A DNA stretch of 8,513 nucleotides from a plasmid: NCBI RefSeq assembly GCF_055900595.2, contig NZ_JBVWEU010000006.1. One strand, written 5' to 3'. Below the pieces are notes generated by a model. It was not told the origin of the DNA. It saw only the letters and a program-made list of their open reading frames with translations, and ran no database searches. Made by a program: the position numbers and the translations under genes. Below are positions 1 to 8,513 of the stretch, one piece after another. The stretch's first letter is position 1. Every line of letters starts with the position of its first letter.

Positions 1-166
1 ATGCACGAACCCCCCGTTCAGCCCGACCGCTGCGCCTTATCCGGTAACTATCGTCTTGAGTCCAACCCGGTAAGACACGACAAAGCGCCACTGGCAGCAG
101 CCACTGGTAACTGATTTAGAGGAGTTGGTCTTGAAGTTATGAGCCGGTTAAGGCTAAACTGAAAGA

Positions 167-272
167 ACGATTTTGGTTACTGCGCTCCTCTAACTAGCCA
201 GTTACCTTGGTTCATAGAGCCGCAAACTCTTAGAACCTAAGAAAAACCGCCCCGCAAAGGCGGTTTTTCTTT
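167..272 (+). ncRNA. RNAI: RNAI antisense copy-number control RNA (approximate ends)
   Basis: Aligns with pMB1 RNAI (conserved ctgcgctc...gccagttacctt core) and ends in hairpin ccgcc...ggcgg followed by tttttcttttt at 247..274. Ends set by alignment from memory, not by transcript data. Confidence 0.6.
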
Positions 273-796
273 TTCAAGAAGAGTACTAGGTCACACTTGA
301 TGACGTCAAGACGGTTTTCGCTAAAGAGGAACAACCACGCCACCTTCATTTCTTTGAAAAAAGAGGATAATTCCAAAATAGTTGTAGTCACCTCAATCAA
401 AGTAAATTCATCATTAATATCAAATAAATACCACAAACCCAAGTGAGGGTAACCTTCGTCCTTTATATCAATACATTTATCTGGTTTGTTAACTTGCTCG
501 ATCACTTCCGCTGCATCAAATGAGAGATATATGGCAGGTTTGGTTTTCCCTACAGGGATTCTTTTATGTACATCCCTTACCATTCCTTCATAATAATCTT
601 TATTTGAATGATAAATAGACACATAATCCTCTGAAATTTCCTCCCTAAGATAAAAACACTTAATAGTTGTAGCGCCAAACTCATCTTTATGATCTTCCAT
701 AACATAACGCCATAAATATGAATTATTTGCTCTGCCCGTAAATGCATTAATACAAGGGATTGATTTGAGGTTATTTAAAGTTGATAACACAGTCAT
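230..796 (-). CDS. Hypothetical protein, 188 aa, third gene of AT-rich operon; no family recognised
   Basis: Open frame in the ORF track (190 aa from GTG at 800..802). I place the start at ATG 794..796, which overlaps the upstream gene's TGA stop (796..798) as TGATG, with GGAG about 10 nt upstream. The stop TAA (230..232) lies inside the RNAI region. AT-rich, protein-like composition. Confidence 0.7.
   Translation of the reverse strand: MTVLSTLNNLKSIPCINAFTGRANNSYLWRYVMEDHKDEFGATTIKCFYLREEISEDYVSIYHSNKDYYEGMVRDVHKRIPVGKTKPAIYLSFDAAEVIEQVNKPDKCIDIKDEGYPHLGLWYLFDINDEFTLIEVTTTILELSSFFKEMKVAWLFLFSENRLDVIKCDLVLFLKKKNRLCGAVFLRF
283..309 (-). promoter_or_regulatory. Putative RNAII (primer) promoter
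   Basis: Minus strand reads TTGACG (304..309), 15-nt spacer, TAGTAC (283..288), placed just beyond the RNAI 3-prime end as in ColE1. Spacing is short; weak call. Confidence 0.35.
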
Positions 797-1440
797 CACC
801 ACTCCATCATTTTAAATAATGATTTGATAGCAATGGAGTTATCAAGGCTATCGCCAATATATGCCCTACCTGTAACCTTAACCACTCCAGAAACTTTTCT
901 AACAAAGGAAAAAATAATCTCGTTATTTGTTTTCACTATTAAATTTAGCGTGCCTTTGCTTTTCTTAGTTTGTTTATATATAAGCCCAAAACACTCTGAT
1001 TTTTTATCAAAGTAAATCTGAGCGTCTTTTTTTGCAGCAAGTTCAGGGGCATACCTAATCAACTGAACAATAGCCTGCAAAGATGGTTCTAGGTCACCAG
1101 TGCAGAACTCGTATTCTCTATTATAAACAGAAATGGCACTTCTTATTTTTTTAAAAAACAATAAGAATTCACCTGATAATTCTAATGATTCGTAATGTTT
1201 TAAAATTGACTCATAACCGTCACCAGAGCAATCTAATGTTTTAACATCATCATTCCAAGACTCCCAAACAGAATTCTCAACAACAACAAATGCTCGACCC
1301 AAAACTTTAAACAAATCCGGATCTCTTAAATCATTTAGCTCTAACTTATTATAATCAGAAACATCATAACGAACACCGAGATCAATGCTATCATTAGTAA
1401 TATAATAATCTTCACTATCGCAGTGGTTAATGTATTTCAT
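796..1440 (-). CDS. Hypothetical protein, 214 aa, second gene of AT-rich operon; no family recognised
   Basis: ORF track gives 796..1458 from a TTG. The first ATG is 1438..1440, 1 nt after the upstream gene's TAG stop (1442..1444), with GGTGA SD-like sequence 5-9 nt upstream. Stop overlaps the next gene's start. Confidence 0.7.
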   Translation of the reverse strand: MKYINHCDSEDYYITNDSIDLGVRYDVSDYNKLELNDLRDPDLFKVLGRAFVVVENSVWESWNDDVKTLDCSGDGYESILKHYESLELSGEFLLFFKKIRSAISVYNREYEFCTGDLEPSLQAIVQLIRYAPELAAKKDAQIYFDKKSECFGLIYKQTKKSKGTLNLIVKTNNEIIFSFVRKVSGVVKVTGRAYIGDSLDNSIAIKSLFKMMEW

Positions 1441-1441
1441 A

Positions 1442-1666
1442 CTAATCACCTGACTCAACGAATTTATTCAATCCATCGATAAGGTTCTTTGCATGTTTTT
1501 TGGTTAGAGCTATGGAATAAAAAACCCTTCCTGATTCTTTTTCAGGAAAGTCCACTAACTCTAAAAAACAAATATCTTCAGCTATCCCAACTCTTAGAGC
1601 CATCGGGAATACAGGTTCATTTTTTCTTGGTGTTACTTTTCTTTCTAAAGAATCTTTATTGCTCAT
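1442..1666 (-). CDS. Hypothetical small protein, 74 aa, first gene of AT-rich operon
   Basis: ORF with ATG at 1664..1666 preceded by a GGGG-containing SD-like sequence, tightly packed against the next gene, and preceded by an AT-rich promoter-like region. Confidence 0.6.
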   Translation of the reverse strand: MSNKDSLERKVTPRKNEPVFPMALRVGIAEDICFLELVDFPEKESGRVFYSIALTKKHAKNLIDGLNKFVESGD

Positions 1667-1790
1667 TATAATACCCCGATAGAAATAAATTTAAGTTTAG
1701 AACATAAAAAATAATACCATAAAACAACATCTTTCATCCACAATGCTCATTTAACATTACATTGGTCACTTTATGGAATTTTGTGGCCAT
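1667..1790 (-). promoter_or_regulatory. AT-rich upstream region of the three-gene operon; putative promoter and possible Rcd-like transcript region
   Basis: Strongly AT-rich with several TTGnnn / TAtnnT candidate hexamers on the minus strand. The motif atttaacat occurs twice (1749..1757, 1792..1800). Lies directly downstream, in minus-strand sense, of the cer-like core. Confidence 0.35.
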
Positions 1791-1791
1791 G

Positions 1792-2030
1792 ATTTAACAT
1801 AACACCAAAATTGTACGCACCGCTAAAACGGCCTCAGGGCGTTTCTGACGGGAAACCGGTAAAATAGGCAACAAACCACCCGAAAACCCGCCAGAAACGC
1901 GCAGGCTCTGTTTTTACGGCATGCATGAGTATGCACGCAAGTGCATAGCGCGAAAATTCACGCCATTCAGCCAGGGTAAGTCCTGTTTCCGGCGTTCTTC
2001 CCATCCGAAAACGGTGAACGGGGACGCAAT
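1792..2030 (-). other. cer: cer-like XerCD multimer-resolution site (core 1792..1821 plus putative accessory sequences to about 2030)
   Basis: Reverse complement of 1792..1821 is GGTGCGTACAA-ttttggtg-TTATGTTAAAT. Against ColE1 cer as I recall it (GGTGCGTACAA-ttaaggga-TTATGGTAAAT) the XerC arm is 11/11, the XerD arm 10/11, with an 8-bp spacer. A palindrome-rich segment (atgcatgagtatgcacgcaagtgcata, 1921..1947) lies about 100 bp into the accessory side, where an ArgR box would be expected. Confidence 0.6.
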
Positions 2031-2159
2031 TTATTGCGTGGCCGTGAAGCGTTGCCGGCGCAGCCGGAAAACCGGTTTTCAGCACGTTCAGGAATCGGGT
2101 TCGTCGACGGCCGGCAATCACGTTATGGCAAGTCGCCGGACGACTCACCACACGATTCA

Positions 2160-2340
2160 CCGGCGACTCTTCACTAGAGTCGTACCCAGAGTCGTCACGT
2201 CTAAAAAACAACCAAACGGGGAGTCGGGTCTAGAGTCGGGTCGTTGTTAACTTATTGTTTTTATAGTCCTGAGTCGTTACCGACTCTATGACGACTCGCC
2301 GGGGACTCTATGACGAGTCGTCATAGAGTCGGATCTGTAT
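2160..2340. repeat. Cluster of GAGTCG/CGACTC repeats including a 13-bp perfect inverted repeat and a third direct copy; function unknown
   Basis: GAGTCG or its complement occurs at least ten times in about 180 bp. gactctatgacga-g-tcgtcatagagtc (2310..2336) is a 13-bp perfect palindrome around one central base, and cgactctatgacgactcg (2288..2305) is a further direct copy. Confidence 0.6.
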
Positions 2341-2484
2341 AAATAAAATTAAAAAAACGAAATTTATAGAACGTAAACTACTGATATAAAATACAAATCT
2401 GCAAAATTTTAATTTTGCGTGGGGTGTGGATATTTTTAGTGGTGAGGAGCGTTCAGAGATCTGGCGATTTTTGGGAAGGTTCAG

Positions 2485-2489
2485 GAACT
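2485..2489. repeat. Target-site duplication, left copy (GAACT)
   Basis: The 5 bp immediately outside IRL are identical to the 5 bp immediately outside IRR (7440..7444). Confidence 0.85.
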
Positions 2490-2527
2490 GGGGTCTGACG
2501 CTCAGTGGAACGAAAACTCACGTTAAG
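2490..2527 (+). repeat. Tn3-family IRL, 38 bp
   Basis: Exact match to the Tn3 38-bp terminal repeat; the tnpA stop codon (2523..2525) lies inside it, as in Tn3. Confidence 0.95.
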
Positions 2528-5500
2528 CAACGTTTTCTGCCTCTGACGCCTCTTTTAATGGTCTCAGATGTCCTTTGGTCACCAGTTCTGCCAGCGTGAA
2601 GGAATAATGGCCGAGCATATTGATATGTCCGTGGCAAAGCGGGGAGAGGCGTGCGATATCTTCATCATTCAGTGTTTCACCCTGCGCCCGGAGATGATCC
2701 AGGGCTGCCTGCATATAAATAGTGTTCCATAACACGACGGCGTTAGTGACCAGCCCCAGTGTGCCCAGTTGATCTTCCTGACCGTCGGTATATCGTTTTC
2801 TTATCTCACCTTTTTGACCGTGACAGATGGCTCTGGCAACGGCATGGCGACTTTCTCCCCGATTAAGCTGGGTCAGAATGCGCCGGCGGTAATCTTCATC
2901 ATCAATATAATTAAGCAGATACAGCGTTTTGTTGATGCGCCCCACTTCAATGATTGCCTGAGTCAGTCCGGAAGGACGTTCACTTTTCAGCAATGAACGG
3001 ACCAGCACTGAAACCTGTACTTTGCCCAGCTTCAGGGAGCCAGCGGTCCGGATCATTTCGTCCCACTGAAGGACTATTTTTCGGGGATCTGATTGCCCTC
3101 TGGCAATATCATTCAGCACGCCATAGTCGGCATCATGGTCCATTCGCCAGAAAACCGAAGCACCGGCATCAGCCAGGCGTGGAGAAAACTGGTATCCCAG
3201 CAGCCAGAAAAGGCCAAAGACAAGTTCGCTGGCACCTGCTGTATCGGTCATAATTTCGGTTGGATTCAGCCCGGTCTCCTGTTCCAGAAGACCTTCCAGC
3301 ACAAAGATAGAGTCCCTCAGCGTCCCCGGTATAACGATGCCATGAAAGCCGGAATACTGATCGGACACAAAGTTGTACCAGGTGATCCCTCTGTTATTAC
3401 CAAAGTATTTGCGGTTCGGTCCGGCATTGATTGTTCTGACTGGCGTAACAAAGCGCATTCCATCTGCAGATGCCACTTCTCCTCCACCCCATATCTGTGC
3501 CAGTGGCAGCGTTGCCTGAAAATCAACCAGTCTGGCATTAGCGCTGGTGATAGTTTCAGCCCGCAGATAGTTCGCTTTTGTCCAGTTCAGCCGGTGTCGG
3601 GTCAGTGCAGGAACATTTGATCTGATCAGTGGTTCCAGACCGATATTGCAGGCTTCAGCCATCAGCACGGCGCTGATGCTGACGGGCAGATCATCAACTC
3701 TGGCACTGGCTTCACTAGCATGGAAAAACTCATCAGCAAATCCGGTATGGGCGTTAATTTCGAGCAGCAACTCCGTTAAATCCACCGGAGGGAGTAGATC
3801 ACTGATCATTTTGCTCAGTCGTTTCAGACTGTCCGGCTCATCAAGACTGGCGAGGGGAGAAATTGTCAACCGGGGCTTCGGGCCAGAAACATCGAGTTCG
3901 ACAGCCTCATTTTCGCAAAGACGTGCAGCAACCTGTCTGTAACGACTATCAAGCTGATGACCCAGAGATTTTATTGCTTCCTGCGGGTCTGTCGGGTGCC
4001 CCAAAGAACGATAAACCTTAATCCGGTTTGCCTGCCAGTCAGCACCCTGTAGTAATCTTGCACGAGGATCTCCCCACCGGTTACTGCCGGTAACGTAGAC
4101 ATCCCTCCGCCTCAGACTATCCTGCAGTTTACTGAGAAAGCAGAGCGTGTATCCCCTGCGGGTGATATGTTTTTCCTTGTTAATCACCAGCCGTTTCCAT
4201 GACCGACTGATAATTTCCGTTGGTGCGTCGTCAAAAAACTGCCGCCGTGAGCTGAACTCCCGGCTGAGGTAGTCACAGGCATTCAGAGTGGTAACCCCGG
4301 CAGGTGCGGATGAAAATTTAACGGTATTCAGCAGATGGGGCAGGAAACGACGAACGCGCCCGTACTGCTCCACCATTTCTTCATGAAAATTATCGTCTGA
4401 GGGCCGGGCAATTTCACGGACAAGCGTGATGATTTCAGCCAGCTTTTGCCTTGGGATGTAGCTGAACACCTCAGCACGAATCGATTCGTCCGGTGTTTCT
4501 TCTTTCAGCAGGTACGAACATGCGCTGGCGAGCGCCAATGCAGATTTATCCAGATCCTTCAGCGAGCGGAGCCGTTTTTTCTGCCCAATCTTTCTGGCGT
4601 CACGGATGATAACGGCCAGCATGGCGTCCAGAACGTCCAATGCATCATCCAGCGCCAGCGTTTCCCATGCAAGGACAAAGGCAACCAGAACCGCCATCCT
4701 TTTCTGCGGTGACATCCTGGCAATATTGAACACCGAAGTCATACCAGCATAACGTGCGAGATTTTTCAGGCGCACAGCCGGGAGTGTACTCAGGTTTTCA
4801 GCATGCAGGCCAAAATCGTTCAGAGTTTTCCAGCGTTCAATTGCTTCATTAAACGCCGGACCACTGATGGTCACAGGGCCCTTTTTCAGTGATTCCAGTA
4901 AAGACAGGCGGCTGCAATCAGTTGGCCCCAGCAGCATCTCCAGCTGTGAACGCTGTTCGGCTGACGGTATCAGTGCCAGTTTGTTCCACAGGCGCAACGT
5001 CGCCTTTTCCCTTACCTCTGAAATCAACCGGGTCAGCGTAGTGGCTCCGGGGAGAATAATACGATGTTGCATAAGCCACCCTGTCGCCAGATCGAAAAGC
5101 AGGCCAGGACGTTCGTTGCTTATCCAGCTCCGGGTATATAAAAGACGGGTAAGGCGAAATGTCCAGGGCCAGGCAAATTCACGATACTGATAGTGCTGAC
5201 GTATCAGCGCTGCATGCTCACGGCGGGTATTTTCCCTCTGACCGTATTCTGCAAGAACGGTGATATCACGAATCCCGAGCTGTCTGGCGGTAAAATGCCG
5301 GACGCCGGAAGGAATATGATTCATATCGGTGAGGAAGGTGCCCAGAAAACGGACACATCCAATTTGCAGGGCAATGCCCAGACGGTTGTGATCACCTCTG
5401 CTTTTTCCGATAAATTCCTTGTCTGCTTCATCAAGGTGAAAATATCGTGCCAGCTGAAGCTCATCCGGTTCACCGGTGAATCTGCCATAGCTTTCAGTCT

Positions 5501-5528
5501 GCTCAGTGGTCAGAAAGTCAACGGGCAT
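2523..5528 (-). CDS. tnpA: Tn3-family transposase TnpA, 1001 aa
   Basis: The ORF-track frame (2523..5687) has an internal Met giving MPVDFLTTEQTESYGRF..., which I recognise as the Tn3 TnpA N-terminus. Start set at ATG 5526..5528; the 53 upstream in-frame codons run into res and are not coding. Confidence 0.92.
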   Translation of the reverse strand: MPVDFLTTEQTESYGRFTGEPDELQLARYFHLDEADKEFIGKSRGDHNRLGIALQIGCVRFLGTFLTDMNHIPSGVRHFTARQLGIRDITVLAEYGQRENTRREHAALIRQHYQYREFAWPWTFRLTRLLYTRSWISNERPGLLFDLATGWLMQHRIILPGATTLTRLISEVREKATLRLWNKLALIPSAEQRSQLEMLLGPTDCSRLSLLESLKKGPVTISGPAFNEAIERWKTLNDFGLHAENLSTLPAVRLKNLARYAGMTSVFNIARMSPQKRMAVLVAFVLAWETLALDDALDVLDAMLAVIIRDARKIGQKKRLRSLKDLDKSALALASACSYLLKEETPDESIRAEVFSYIPRQKLAEIITLVREIARPSDDNFHEEMVEQYGRVRRFLPHLLNTVKFSSAPAGVTTLNACDYLSREFSSRRQFFDDAPTEIISRSWKRLVINKEKHITRRGYTLCFLSKLQDSLRRRDVYVTGSNRWGDPRARLLQGADWQANRIKVYRSLGHPTDPQEAIKSLGHQLDSRYRQVAARLCENEAVELDVSGPKPRLTISPLASLDEPDSLKRLSKMISDLLPPVDLTELLLEINAHTGFADEFFHASEASARVDDLPVSISAVLMAEACNIGLEPLIRSNVPALTRHRLNWTKANYLRAETITSANARLVDFQATLPLAQIWGGGEVASADGMRFVTPVRTINAGPNRKYFGNNRGITWYNFVSDQYSGFHGIVIPGTLRDSIFVLEGLLEQETGLNPTEIMTDTAGASELVFGLFWLLGYQFSPRLADAGASVFWRMDHDADYGVLNDIARGQSDPRKIVLQWDEMIRTAGSLKLGKVQVSVLVRSLLKSERPSGLTQAIIEVGRINKTLYLLNYIDDEDYRRRILTQLNRGESRHAVARAICHGQKGEIRKRYTDGQEDQLGTLGLVTNAVVLWNTIYMQAALDHLRAQGETLNDEDIARLSPLCHGHINMLGHYSFTLAELVTKGHLRPLKEASEAENVA

Positions 5529-6249
<721 letters not shown>

Positions 6250-6361
6250 TACGCCTATTTTTATAGGTTAATGTCATGATAATAATGGTTTCTTAGACGT
6301 CAGGTGGCACTTTTCGGGGAAATGTGCGCGGAACCCCTATTTGTTTATTTTTCTAAATACA

Positions 6362-6390
6362 TTCAAATATGTATCCGCTCATGAGACAAT
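6362..6390 (+). promoter_or_regulatory. bla P3 promoter
   Basis: TTCAAA (6362..6367), 17-bp spacer, GACAAT (6385..6390), then RBS aaggaagag before the ATG, as in native Tn3. Confidence 0.8.
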
Positions 6391-6419
6391 AACCCTGGTA
6401 AATGCTTCAATAATATTGA

Positions 6420-7292
<873 letters not shown>

Positions 7293-7352
7293 CTGTCAGA
7301 CCAAGTTTACTCATATATACTTTAGATTGATTTAAAACTTCATTTTTAATTT

Positions 7353-7379
7353 AAAAGGATCTAGGTGAAGATCCTTTTT
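7353..7379 (+). terminator. Hairpin plus T-run downstream of bla
   Basis: aaaaggatc-taggtgaa-gatccttttt inverted repeat followed by T residues. Confidence 0.5.
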
Positions 7380-7401
7380 GATAATCTCATGACCAAAATC
7401 C

Positions 7402-7439
7402 CTTAACGTGAGTTTTCGTTCCACTGAGCGTCAGACCCC
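7402..7439 (-). repeat. Tn3-family IRR, 38 bp
   Basis: Exact reverse complement of the IRL sequence. Confidence 0.95.
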
Positions 7440-7444
7440 GAACT
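7440..7444. repeat. Target-site duplication, right copy (GAACT)
   Basis: Identical to 2485..2489. Confidence 0.85.
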
Positions 7445-7484
7445 CCCCGGAATGGCCGGAGAGGAAAACTGAAGCATGACGGGG

Positions 7485-7907
7485 TCAGGATTTCTTCCAG
7501 AATTTCCACCACGGAGAATGAACCTGTGGAGAGGGTTCGAGCTTGTGTTCCAGAAGCTGCATAGCCTGGCGAAGAGAATCGATATGTTCATCACGAGCTT
7601 TAACAGCCCCTTTAAGACCATCGTTTTCAGCTTCAAGCAAAGCAATTTTATGCTGTAAATCATGTAAACCAGAGATGTTAACCCCTGTAGCGCCTGCGTC
7701 ACCTTTTACATCATGTTTTACAGTGTCGCCCCCACCATAAAGCGAGCCAAAAACCCTAATAAGCTCTGATGTATCAACAACTTTAGTATTTTTCCCATGC
7801 TTTACAACAGAGGTGTAACTTAGTTTCCCACTGTTAATCATCTTGTAAATTGTGGGGCGACTAACCTTAACAAGCCGAGCCGCTTCACTAATAGACACTC
7901 TGGCCAT
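7485..7907 (-). CDS. HTH DNA-binding protein with C-terminal coiled coil, 140 aa; function unknown
   Basis: N-terminus MARVSISEAARLVKVSRPTIYKMINSGKL is a typical helix-turn-helix; the C-terminal heptad-like stretch (LQHKIALLEAENDGLKGAVKARDEHIDSLRQAMQLLEHKL) suggests a dimerisation coil. Its ATG (7905..7907) overlaps the rop stop as TGATG. Confidence 0.75.
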   Translation of the reverse strand: MARVSISEAARLVKVSRPTIYKMINSGKLSYTSVVKHGKNTKVVDTSELIRVFGSLYGGGDTVKHDVKGDAGATGVNISGLHDLQHKIALLEAENDGLKGAVKARDEHIDSLRQAMQLLEHKLEPSPQVHSPWWKFWKKS

Positions 7908-8098
7908 CAGTTTCCATCCTGTAATTCATCCAGTCCCGAAGACAGTGTACGGAAAAGATGCTCCGCATCATCGTGGAGTTTCTCACAAAGGTCGGCCTCT
8001 ACATCAAGATCAAGCTCGTTAAGCTTCTCCAGCAGGAGCAGAGACTGATTCTGGATGAATTTAGCCATGTTCAGCGCTGTTTTCTGTTGTTTCGTCAT
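7907..8098 (-). CDS. rop: Rop/Rom RNA one modulator, 63 aa
   Basis: MTKQQKTALNMAKFIQNQSLLLLEKLNELDLDVEADLCEKLHDDAEHLFRTLSSGLDELQDGN aligns along its whole length with pBR322 Rop as I recall it (MTKQEKTALNMARFIRSQTLTLLEKLNELDADEQADICESLHDHADELYRS...). Confidence 0.9.
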   Translation of the reverse strand: MTKQQKTALNMAKFIQNQSLLLLEKLNELDLDVEADLCEKLHDDAEHLFRTLSSGLDELQDGN

Positions 8099-8099
8099 A

Positions 8100-8513
<414 letters not shown>

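Larger units (their letters stand above)
1..320. other. ori: ColE1/pMB1-type replication origin, RNAI/RNAII control half (continues from window end across the circular junction)
   Basis: Positions 1-120 closely match the pMB1/pUC ori segment as I recall it (gcacgaaccccccgttcagcccgaccgctgcgccttatccggtaactatcgtcttgagtccaacccggtaagacacgac...ccactggcagcagccactggtaac). Downstream sequence diverges in primary sequence but keeps the RNAI layout and ends in a hairpin plus T-run. Confidence 0.85.

Noticed and set aside
1-114. Short plus-strand frame opening at the ATG at position 1 (about 37 codons)
   Set aside because: It lies within conserved ColE1 ori sequence, where pMB1 has GTG instead; an artefact of where the circle was opened.
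1442-1458. TTG start at 1456..1458 for the middle operon gene, and GTG start at 800..802 for the last gene
   Set aside because: In each case a downstream in-frame ATG (1438..1440; 794..796) sits in a TGATG or TAG-n-ATG coupling arrangement with a better-spaced SD, so the ATG starts are preferred. The longer forms cannot be excluded without N-terminal data.
230-1666. Assigning the three-gene operon to a named family (colicin/immunity/lysis, toxin-antitoxin, Thoeris/TIR, HEPN, Abi)
   Set aside because: Gene sizes and order do not fit a colicin operon, and I found no diagnostic motif by eye (no Rx4-6H HEPN motif, no clear PD-(D/E)xK, Walker or TIR signature). Naming a family would be unsupported without profile searches.
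824-1671. Plus-strand ORFs 824..1015 (63 aa) and 1489..1671 (60 aa)
   Set aside because: Antisense to the translationally coupled minus-strand operon; hydrophobic, low-complexity translations typical of AT-rich antisense frames.
1834-2250. ORF-track frames 1834..2211 (-) 125 aa and 1921..2250 (+) 109 aa
   Set aside because: Arg/Cys/His-rich, low-complexity translations with no start context, lying entirely within the cer-like accessory sequences and the repeat array; better explained as non-coding recombination and regulatory DNA.

Overview
The window reads as a complete circular plasmid of about 8.5 kb, linearised inside its ColE1/pMB1-type origin: the last ~400 bp and the first ~320 bp are contiguous ori/RNAI/RNAII sequence. 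A Tn3-family (Tn1/Tn2/Tn3 group) transposon of 4950 bp sits at 2490..7439 with perfect 38-bp terminal inverted repeats, a 5-bp target-site duplication (GAACT), tnpA, res, tnpR and blaTEM-1. Removing it leaves a ~3.56 kb backbone with ori, rop translationally coupled to a 140-aa HTH/coiled-coil protein, a cer-like XerCD site, a cluster of GAGTCG-type repeats, and an AT-rich three-gene operon (74, 214 and 188 aa, minus strand, 230..1666). I cannot assign that operon to any family by eye; it is the best candidate for an undescribed accessory system. All coordinates come from reading the sequence and ORF track; no database search was run, and homology statements rest on recall of pBR322/pUC, Tn3 and ColE1 cer sequences.
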